Shown in pieces: positions 1 to 5,912 of a stretch of 12,101 nucleotides of DNA. This stretch comes from an uncultured Gammaproteobacteria bacterium (GTDB lineage Bacteria > Patescibacteriota > Patescibacteriia > UBA2591 > UBA6264). The notes beneath the pieces were generated by a model. The model was not told the origin of the DNA and made no database searches. It worked only from the letters and a program-made list of their open reading frames with translations. Location: NCBI GenBank assembly GCA_964507075.1, contig CAZDOL010000010.1, positions 12,095 through 24,195 on the forward strand. Direction: 5' to 3'. Numbering within the stretch: position 1 is the first letter of the stretch; each line of letters opens with the position of its first letter. The position numbers and the translations under genes are program-made.

Positions 1-342
1 CCAATTATTTATATATTTTTTAAGCCACTTTTCAAAAATATTAAAATCTGTTTTTATCAACCTATCTTTTATTCCGAAAATCCACTCCGTGGCAATCGTT
101 GCCTCTTCGCTATAATCAGATTTTAAAAGTTGTTCGGATAAGTTAAATATCTCTTTTTTATCAAAATTCTTTATATCCTTAAAGTATTTTTTGGCAATTT
201 TACGAACAATCGGCGTTCTCACTCCATAACAAACAATTTTTTCTTTAAAAAACCTCTTAACAGCGCATTTATATTTCTCATCAACATTAACCTTAAGGTC
301 TTGACGAACATTTTCTATAATTCTTTGCGTCCCAATTTTCAT
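1..342 (-). CDS. DNA alkylation repair protein (AlkD/AlkC-like HEAT-repeat family). N-terminal 114 codons only; the gene runs off the left edge of the window.
   Basis: Missing from the ORF track because no stop lies inside the window. The reverse strand opens with ATG (complement of 340-342) and reads MKIGTQRIIENVRQDLKVNVDEKYKCAVKRFFKEKIVCYGVRTPIVRKIAKKYF...FEKWLKKYINNW, open to base 1 and in frame. The pattern (KYxxxxxRFFKExxxxYGVRTPxxRKIAK, then the acidic/aromatic EEATIATEWIF, then WLKKYINNW) matches my recollection of the N-terminal helices of DNA_alkylation family proteins such as B. cereus AlkD. Confidence 0.65.
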   Translation of the reverse strand, partial: MKIGTQRIIENVRQDLKVNVDEKYKCAVKRFFKEKIVCYGVRTPIVRKIAKKYFKDIKNFDKKEIFNLSEQLLKSDYSEEATIATEWIFGIKDRLIKTDFNIFEKWLKKYINNW

Positions 343-353
343 AATATTTTAAC

Positions 354-455
354 AAAAAATCAACTTTTGGACAAATTTTTGCAAAATCAATTTTTTCGCC
401 TTACAATACAATCCTATAGCACATTTCAGAGGATTAATTCAAGAGGACAGTCCCT
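354..455 (+). repeat. Repeat module A, copy A1 (~102 bp). It ends in a degenerate copy of the GGGGACAGTCCCC palindrome (aGGACAGTCCCt), followed by an extra AGTCCCC half-site at 464-470.
   Basis: Aligns base-for-base with 1951-2053 at roughly 85% identity by eye: aaaaaatca[a/g]cttttgg[a/g]caaatttttgc...caatacaat[c/t]ctatagcacatttc[a/c]gagga...acagtccct. It lies between the AlkD-like start codon (342) and the stop of the membrane-protein gene (480). Confidence 0.85.
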
Positions 456-479
456 ACTCAACAAGTCCCCATTCAAGAA

Positions 480-1196
480 TTATGCGATGTGATTTTTTAA
501 ATCCTTATTTTTAAATTTTGTTACTTTTTTATTACCAGAAACAAAATCATATCCAATTCCCGCTAAACAGCCCCATGAAAAATACCACAATAATTCAGTA
601 GCAGGGATATTACATAGAACAGTTATTCCAAATCTTGTATCAGCAAGTAACCAGTATGTATTCCAATAATCTGGAGAAATCACATTAAAAATAATTGCGT
701 AAATAGGAATGATTATAACCACAACTAACACTCCTGACATGATTGAAGGTATCCACAAATCATTTCTCATAAAAATCATTACTGCTGAAAAGATTATGAA
801 AGCAAGAGAGCTCACCAATATTGAGTTAAATCCTAGCCAGTTATTAAAAATAAATAAACAAGCAACGCCAAGTAAAAACAGAAACCCAAAGAATAGTTTT
901 CTATCTTTTTCTTGTTGAATATTCTTTACGGTAAAAATCGTGTCATATATAGATACTGCAATGCCCGTAATTAAAAATCCAAATAGAAAATCTTCAAATG
1001 AAACCACGGACTGTCCTAACAATAAAGGAGGTCTCCAGTAATCTTTGAAGTACCAAAATTCAGCAATTAAGCCAGCAAAGCCACCCACAATGCTTGCTCT
1101 CATAATTTTTGCTCTCAATTCTTTCTTAAAAAGAAAAATGGTTATCCAAAAAAGCAACAGAAAGACCGAGATTAGTAAATATGAATATTTATCCAT
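480..1196 (-). CDS. Polytopic membrane protein with a lycopene-cyclase-domain (CrtYc/d-like).
   Basis: 238-aa ORF, ATG to TAA. About seven hydrophobic segments. There are two copies of the short acidic motif I associate with lycopene cyclase domains (SFEDFLFGF and IPATELLWYF, i.e. P/SxE(D/E)-hydrophobic). The function in a non-carotenogenic context is unknown. Confidence 0.6.
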   Translation of the reverse strand: MDKYSYLLISVFLLLFWITIFLFKKELRAKIMRASIVGGFAGLIAEFWYFKDYWRPPLLLGQSVVSFEDFLFGFLITGIAVSIYDTIFTVKNIQQEKDRKLFFGFLFLLGVACLFIFNNWLGFNSILVSSLAFIIFSAVMIFMRNDLWIPSIMSGVLVVVIIIPIYAIIFNVISPDYWNTYWLLADTRFGITVLCNIPATELLWYFSWGCLAGIGYDFVSGNKKVTKFKNKDLKNHIA

Positions 1197-1226
1197 AATT
1201 TTAAAAAATTATTTTTATATTTTTAT

Positions 1227-1310
1227 GGGGACTGTCCCCTTCTTCGTTCACTCTAAAATACTGTCCCAGAACGATTTTCAAGACCAATTTTTTCATTTGG
1301 CAAAAAATGA
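1227..1310 (-). repeat. Repeat module A, copy A3, inverted and diverged. It contains the perfect palindrome GGGGACTGTCCCC (1227-1239) and a second GGGACAG core (complement of 1261-1267).
   Basis: The reverse complement of 1227-1239 is GGGGACAGTCCCC, the same as 2040-2052 and 3300-3312. The distance from the shared TTTTTGCCAAAT block (complement of 1295-1306) to the palindrome is 62 nt, identical to copy A2. The interior has diverged. Confidence 0.6.
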
Positions 1311-1326
1311 ACCAAAATAAACATTT

Positions 1327-1935
1327 TTAAATCATTGTTTGACTTTTGATAAATTCTGGCTGTTTTTCTTCCCAAGAATCAATGTTGCTTTTTACAAAAT
1401 CTACATATTCTTGACGCGCTTGTTCTAAATTCGCAACACCAGTATAAGATAAAAATTTATCTCTATCTATCAAATCATCATCGTATATTCTTTGACTATA
1501 AATTGAAAAACTGCTCCAACGATAATCCTCTGGGATGCTGACTATCTTCGCGCGAACTGCGTTTAAATCAATATAACATCCAACTGTCCAAAAATATTTT
1601 TCCTTATCAATTATGCTACTGTAAAATCTGTCTTGAAAAACATGACCAGAGCGATGATAGCGATGATTAAAATAAATCGCATATAAAAAATTAACTCGTC
1701 CCATAATTTTTGAAAGAGAATCTTGGCGTGTCTCAATAAGTAAATGAAAATGATTCGGCAAAAAATTATAAGAATAGAAATAAAACTGCAATTCTTTTTT
1801 TACTTTTCTAAGAATGCTCAATAATTTTTTGTAATCGCGAACGCTCAAAAAAATCCTTTTCTGATTATTTCCACGACAAACGATATGATAAATCGTTTCG
1901 TTTTGATCAATATATTCACGTGCTTTTCTTGGCAT
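1327..1935 (-). CDS. HUH Y1 transposase of the IS200-like / REP-associated tyrosine transposase (RAYT) type.
   Basis: 202-aa ORF, ATG to TAA. HUH motif at H62-F-H64 (LPNHFHLLIE). GHVFQDRF block. YIDLNAVRAKIV (Y121) followed by YRWSS (138-142), resembling the YIxxNPVRAGLV...YxWSS C-terminal signature of RAYT/TnpA_REP proteins. Flanked by inverted palindromes. Confidence 0.8.
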   Translation of the reverse strand: MPRKAREYIDQNETIYHIVCRGNNQKRIFLSVRDYKKLLSILRKVKKELQFYFYSYNFLPNHFHLLIETRQDSLSKIMGRVNFLYAIYFNHRYHRSGHVFQDRFYSSIIDKEKYFWTVGCYIDLNAVRAKIVSIPEDYRWSSFSIYSQRIYDDDLIDRDKFLSYTGVANLEQARQEYVDFVKSNIDSWEEKQPEFIKSQTMI

Positions 1936-1950
1936 AAAATAAATTTTAAT

Positions 1951-2053
1951 AAAAAATCAGCTTTTGGGCAAATTTTTGCCAAATCCAATTTTTTGCCCTA
2001 CAATACAATTCTATAGCACATTTCCGAGGACTAACTTTAGGGGACAGTCCCCT
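1951..2053 (+). repeat. Repeat module A, copy A2 (~103 bp). It ends in the perfect palindrome GGGGACAGTCCCC (2040-2052).
   Basis: Homologous to 354-455. It contains GGCAAA (1967-1972), which can pair with either TTTGCC at 1975-1980 or TTTGCC at 1992-1997. It starts 15 bp from the transposase start codon (1935). Confidence 0.85.
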
Positions 2054-2083
2054 ATATATTAATAATTTCTTTCCACGAACCAC

Positions 2084-2611
2084 TTATATTTTGTATTTAT
2101 TAATAAATTTAGTTGGCTCTTTCCAATAATTCATCTTAGTTCTTTTGCTTCCTTTCTTCCAATATCCAGGCAGAATTTTTTTCTCCCAGGGGCCAAGATA
2201 AATACTAAAATGTAAATGTTCTTCTTTCCACCAACCGTTTTCTGGAGTGTTGGCTTTACCAACTATACCGACTTGCTGTCCTAACTCAACGCTTTGCCCT
2301 TTTTCGACAAAACGTTTTTGCATATGAGCGTAGAGGGAGAAAAATATTATTTTATTTTTTGGGTGTTTATGGGCAATAACAATTATATTACCCCAATTAC
2401 CTCTTTCTTTTGCTCCAGTGTGCAATGCTGAATAAACTACCTTACCTTTACCGATGCTCATAATTTTTGTGCCAGCAGGACGATTCACATCTTCGCCAAG
2501 GTGAGTGCCCCAATGAATACTTTTGTAAATACAATCTTGCTTAAATTTATAACTATTAACACGGTATTTTTCAAGCGGAAATATTAAATTACGTGTATAT
2601 GGATATGCCAT
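2084..2611 (-). CDS. M23 family zinc metallopeptidase (LytM/lysostaphin-like catalytic domain).
   Basis: 175-aa ORF. HxxxD motif (HLGED), the NIIVIAH...YAHM core and a C-terminal HLH (EEHLHFSIY), in the order typical of Peptidase_M23. Confidence 0.8.
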   Translation of the reverse strand: MAYPYTRNLIFPLEKYRVNSYKFKQDCIYKSIHWGTHLGEDVNRPAGTKIMSIGKGKVVYSALHTGAKERGNWGNIIVIAHKHPKNKIIFFSLYAHMQKRFVEKGQSVELGQQVGIVGKANTPENGWWKEEHLHFSIYLGPWEKKILPGYWKKGSKRTKMNYWKEPTKFINKYKI

Positions 2612-2672
2612 ATTCTATTCATATAAATAAATATTTTTTATTAATTGCCAAATCTATTTATCTCTTCTTTCA

Positions 2673-2701
2673 TTGTAAATCACACAAATTTAGCGTATAA
2701 T
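2673..2701 (+). promoter_or_regulatory. Candidate sigma70-type promoter for tsaE.
   Basis: TTGTAA (2673-2678), a 17-nt spacer, then TATAAT (2696-2701), about 55 nt upstream of the tsaE ATG. Such hexamers arise by chance in AT-rich DNA, and a second TATAAT sits at 2730-2735. Confidence 0.3.
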
Positions 2702-2756
2702 AACTTAATTAAAAACTACATTTATATTCTATAATAATTCAGCAATATAATCAATT

Positions 2757-3263
2757 ATGAAAATCATCACTTTATCTGAAAGAGAAACCATATCTTTGGG
2801 CAAAAGGATTGCTAAACAGCTAAAAGGCGGAGAAACAATAGCTTTAATCGGCGAATTAGGAGCTGGTAAAACAATTTTTACTAAAGGAATAGCAGGCGGC
2901 CTTAAGGTTAAAAAAATTATCACTAGCCCTACTTTTGTCTTAATGAAGATATATAAAACAAATGAAGACAAACATAGAACAAGTTCAAGTAAATCAGGAA
3001 TACAAAAATTATGTCATGTAGACGCCTATCGCCTGAAGTCAGGCCAAGATCTAATTGACATAGGAATTAATGATTATTTAGGCCAAAAAGATACCATTAC
3101 AATAATTGAGTGGGCCAATCAGGTTGATAGCATTTTGCCTAAAGACGCGATTTTTGTTAAAATAAAAGCTGGAGACAAAAAAGACAGAAGAGCAATTACG
3201 ATTACTAAAGTTAAAATAAAAAATAAGGCGAAATCTTGCCAAATAGGAAAAATCGCTCTCTAA
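2757..3263 (+). CDS. tsaE: tRNA threonylcarbamoyladenosine (t6A) biosynthesis ATPase TsaE (YjeE family).
   Basis: 168-aa ORF. Walker A GELGAGKT, then SPTF and HVDAYRL motifs in the canonical order. It has a ~15-aa insert (NEDKHRTSSSKSGIQK) and a basic C-terminal tail. Confidence 0.85.
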   Translation: MKIITLSERETISLGKRIAKQLKGGETIALIGELGAGKTIFTKGIAGGLKVKKIITSPTFVLMKIYKTNEDKHRTSSSKSGIQKLCHVDAYRLKSGQDLIDIGINDYLGQKDTITIIEWANQVDSILPKDAIFVKIKAGDKKDRRAITITKVKIKNKAKSCQIGKIAL

Positions 3264-3299
3264 TACAGAGCAGTAGTGGGTTTGCGACAAGCAGAAAGC

Positions 3300-3337
3300 G
3301 GGGACAGTCCCCTAAAAAATTAGTCCCCTAAAAAATT
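3300..3337 (+). repeat. Palindrome GGGGACAGTCCCC (3300-3312), overlapping a perfect 16-bp tandem duplication AGTCCCCTAAAAAATT x2 (3306-3321 and 3322-3337).
   Basis: Read directly from the sequence. The duplication ends 1 nt before the valS ATG (3339). Confidence 0.9.
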
Positions 3338-3338
3338 T

Positions 3339-5735
3339 ATGGAAAAAACATACGAAGCAAAACAATTTGAAGAAAAAATCTATAAGCTTTGGAAAGAAAG
3401 CGAATTTTTTAATCCTGATAAATTGCCAGGAAAAAGAAAAGAAAAATATTCTATTACCATTCCCCCGCCAAATATAACGGGGTCTTTGCATATCGGACAC
3501 GCTCTTAATAATACGATTCAAGATATATTAATTAGATATCACCGCATGCTGGGAGACAAAACGCTATGGTTGCCAGGGACAGATCATGCTGGAATTGCTA
3601 CTCAGAATGTAGTAGAAAAAGAATTAAGCAAAAATGGGTTAACACGTCATCAATTAGGAAGAGAAAATTTTGTTAAAACTGTCTGGCAATGGAAAGAAAA
3701 ATATGGCAATTTAATTATCAAACAATTAGAAAAATTGGGGTGTTCTTGTGATTGGTCCAGATTACGATTCACCTTAGATGAGAAATACAAAGAAGCTGTC
3801 TTAACTGCTTTTACTAATTATCACAAAAAAGGATACATCTATCGTGGTCCCAGAATTGTAAATTGGTGTCCAAGATGTGAAACTGCCATCTCTGACATTG
3901 AAATCAAATATAAAGAAAGCATAGGTAAATTATGGTACATAAAATACCCTCTATCCAAAAATCCGAAATCCGAAACCCTAAATTCTAAACAAATTCAAAA
4001 TTCCAAACCTAAAATTCCAAACTTTATAGTTGTTGCTACCACTCGCCCAGAAACAATGTTGGGTGACACGGCGATAGCAGTTAACCCTAAAGACAAAAAA
4101 TACAAAGATTTTATAGGACAAAAAGTGATAATTCCTGTTGTTCAAAGGGAAATTCCTATTGTAGCTCATCATTTAGTTAAAATGGAATTTGGAACTGGCG
4201 CCGTAAAAATTACTCCTGCTCATGACAAAACTGATTGGCAAATCGGCAAAGCCAATAATCTACCAATTATTAATGTAATCGGCCCCAAGGGAAAAATGAC
4301 AGCAGAAGCTGGCAAATATGCTAATCTTTCTACAAAAGAAGCCAGAAAACAAATCATAATTGAATTAGAAAAACTAAATCTCTTAGAAAAAACCGAAAAT
4401 CACGAACACCAGGTTTCTCTTTGCGACCGTTGTGGCACCCCAATTGAACCTCAAATTTCTACCCAATGGTTTGTGAAAATGAAAGAGTTAGCAAAACCAG
4501 CCATAACCAGCGTCAAAAATGATAAAATCAAAATTATTCCCAAGCGATACAAAAAAGTCTATTTGGATTGGATGAATAATTTAGAAGATTGGTGTATTTC
4601 CCGACAACTTTGGTGGGGACATCAGCTTCCTGTTTGGTTTTGCGAAAACCAAAAAGACAAATTTATTGTTTCTATTACTCCACCCCCTTCTTGTCCCTAT
4701 TGCAAAAAATGCCAAATGAAACAATCCTCAGATGTTTTGGATACCTGGTTTTCGTCAGCCCTTTGGCCCTTTGCTACATTGGGTTGGCCTGAAAAAACCA
4801 AAGACCTGAAAGAATATTATCCTACCTCCATACTTTCCACAGCCAGAGACATCTTATATCTTTGGGTAGCCAGAATGGTATTCTCGGGATTTGAATTTAT
4901 GGGGAAAATACCCTTCCAAACTGTCTATATTCACGGAACCATTCTTACTTTAGAAGGAAAAAGAATGAGCAAATCCCTAGGAACTGGAGTTAATCCCTTA
5001 GGGTTTATGGACCAATATGGTGCAGACGCGACCCGTTTAGGAATTATACTTCAATCCAATAGAGACCAGCAAGAAATTCGTTTTGATTCTCGTGCCATTC
5101 TAGCAGCCCGCAATTTCATTAACAAGCTTTGGAACATTTCTAGATTTGTAAAACTTATAAATCAAGAAATTCCAAGGACAGAAATGAAAAAGCCAACCGT
5201 TGCTGACCAATGGATACTCTCTAAGATAAATAATCTTATTAATTCCGTTACCCAAAAAATCAAAAACAATGAATTAAGTTTAGCAGCTAAAGAGCTTTAT
5301 GAATTTGTTTGGCATGATTTTGCTGATTGGTATTTAGAAATAGCAAAATTCCAGAAAGACAATTTAAAAACAAAAAAACAAACCTCTGGTCTGCTCAGAA
5401 TGATTTTAGAAAAATGCCTTAAAATGCTCCACCCCTTTATTCCTTTTGTTACGGAAACGATTAATATTCAATTAAATAAAATAGGGGACAAAGAATTCTC
5501 TGATTTACTAATTGTAGCTGAATGGCCTCAAACCGATAAAAAAATGATTAATTCTCAAATTGAAAAAGAATTTGAAAAAATTAAAAACTTGGTTACAGAA
5601 ATAAGAAACTGGCGAAAAAAAGAAAAAATAGAGCCTCGAGAAATTATTATCTTGCCAAATATATTTAAAAATAAACTCCTAAAATTCAAACCAGAATATC
5701 AAAAAATCATCAAGCAATTATCTAAAATTAAGTAA
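3339..5735 (+). CDS. valS: Valine--tRNA ligase.
   Basis: 798-aa ORF. HIGH motif (SLHIGHALN), TTRPETMLGDTAIAVNP, DTWFSSALWPF, and KMSKS-type RMSKS. It is shorter than E. coli-type ValRS at the C-terminus. Confidence 0.95.
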   Translation: MEKTYEAKQFEEKIYKLWKESEFFNPDKLPGKRKEKYSITIPPPNITGSLHIGHALNNTIQDILIRYHRMLGDKTLWLPGTDHAGIATQNVVEKELSKNGLTRHQLGRENFVKTVWQWKEKYGNLIIKQLEKLGCSCDWSRLRFTLDEKYKEAVLTAFTNYHKKGYIYRGPRIVNWCPRCETAISDIEIKYKESIGKLWYIKYPLSKNPKSETLNSKQIQNSKPKIPNFIVVATTRPETMLGDTAIAVNPKDKKYKDFIGQKVIIPVVQREIPIVAHHLVKMEFGTGAVKITPAHDKTDWQIGKANNLPIINVIGPKGKMTAEAGKYANLSTKEARKQIIIELEKLNLLEKTENHEHQVSLCDRCGTPIEPQISTQWFVKMKELAKPAITSVKNDKIKIIPKRYKKVYLDWMNNLEDWCISRQLWWGHQLPVWFCENQKDKFIVSITPPPSCPYCKKCQMKQSSDVLDTWFSSALWPFATLGWPEKTKDLKEYYPTSILSTARDILYLWVARMVFSGFEFMGKIPFQTVYIHGTILTLEGKRMSKSLGTGVNPLGFMDQYGADATRLGIILQSNRDQQEIRFDSRAILAARNFINKLWNISRFVKLINQEIPRTEMKKPTVADQWILSKINNLINSVTQKIKNNELSLAAKELYEFVWHDFADWYLEIAKFQKDNLKTKKQTSGLLRMILEKCLKMLHPFIPFVTETINIQLNKIGDKEFSDLLIVAEWPQTDKKMINSQIEKEFEKIKNLVTEIRNWRKKEKIEPREIIILPNIFKNKLLKFKPEYQKIIKQLSKIK

Positions 5736-5740
5736 AAAAT

Positions 5741-5912
5741 AAGAACCCTTCGCTTCGCTCAGGAACCTTGTTATTCGCTTTTCCCCGCTAAGCGGGGCTT
5801 CGCTCATAATAAAAAAACAGCTAAAAATACTAAAATTAGCTGTTTTGTTTTTGTGTCATTATGAGCGAAGCGAATAACAAGGTTCTGACGAGCAGAGCGA
5901 GGAATGGTTCTT
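5741..5912. repeat. Nested imperfect inverted repeat filling the valS/pilB convergent intergenic gap.
   Basis: Perfect arm pairs: CTTCGCTCATAAT (5798-5810) with ATTATGAGCGAAG (5858-5870), and GAACCTTGTTATTCG (5763-5777) with CGAATAACAAGGTTC (5871-5885). The outer arms AAGAACC (5741-5747) and GGTTCTT (5906-5912) pair imperfectly in between. The left arm alone carries an extra GC hairpin, CCCCGC-TAA-GCGGGG (5783-5797). Confidence 0.85.
5811..5852. terminator. Bidirectional intrinsic terminator shared by valS and pilB.
   Basis: The stem AAAACAGCTAA (5814-5824) pairs with TTAGCTGTTTT (5836-5846) around an 11-nt loop. It is preceded by an A7 run and followed by TTTTGTTTTT, so a hairpin plus U-tract is produced on both strands, between convergent stop codons. 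Confidence 0.7.

Larger units (their letters stand above)
1227..2053 (-). mobile_element. Candidate RAYT/IS200-like unit: one transposase gene bounded by inverted GGGGAC-N-GTCCCC palindromes.
   Basis: Left boundary is GGGGACTGTCCCC (1227-1239) and right boundary is GGGGACAGTCCCC (2040-2052). These are exact reverse complements of each other, about 0.83 kb apart, and enclose only the Y1 transposase ORF. No target-site duplication was recognised. Confidence 0.5.

Noticed and set aside
301-492. A 63-aa + strand ORF (TTG start) spanning repeat copy A1.
   Set aside because: It has a low-complexity translation. It overlaps the start of the AlkD-like gene and the stop of the membrane-protein gene. 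It is made of repeat sequence whose partner copy (1951-2053) has no equivalent ORF.
1006-1014. GGACTGTCC inside the membrane-protein gene, and GGGGAC half-sites in valS (4615-4620 and 5484-5489), considered as extra copies of the family A palindrome.
   Set aside because: These are only short cores or half-sites without the flanking G/C clamp or module sequence. They lie in conserved coding positions (for example WWGHQ in ValRS). About one GGGGAC is expected by chance in a window of this size and composition.
709-1320. The + strand ORFs 709-918 and 1045-1320.
   Set aside because: They are antisense shadows of the well-supported 480-1196 membrane-protein gene in AT-rich DNA. They have no motifs, and the second runs into repeat A3.
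2940-3263. The TsaE internal insert (NEDKHRTSSSKSGIQK) and basic C-terminal tail considered as a separate finding.
   Set aside because: Both fall in regions I recall as variable in YjeE-family proteins. The underlying DNA shows no repeat structure or compositional anomaly, unlike the nusB and valS inserts.
2729-3521. The minus-strand ORFs 2729-2971, 3078-3290 and 3312-3521.
   Set aside because: They are antisense to tsaE and valS, which have clear family motifs. Their translations are hydrophobic or low-complexity, typical of shadow ORFs.
3978-4792. ORFs 3978-4172 (-) and 4589-4792 (+) inside valS.
   Set aside because: They are fully nested in the ValRS reading frame region on the other strand or in another frame, with no independent support.
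5741-5912. The structured intergenic palindrome considered as a known RNA gene (tRNA, tmRNA, SRP RNA or RNase P RNA).
   Set aside because: I could not find a cloverleaf, the GGAAGCAGCCA-type SRP motif, the GAGGAAAGUCC RNase P motif, or tmRNA termini. It is better explained as an inverted-repeat element plus a terminator.
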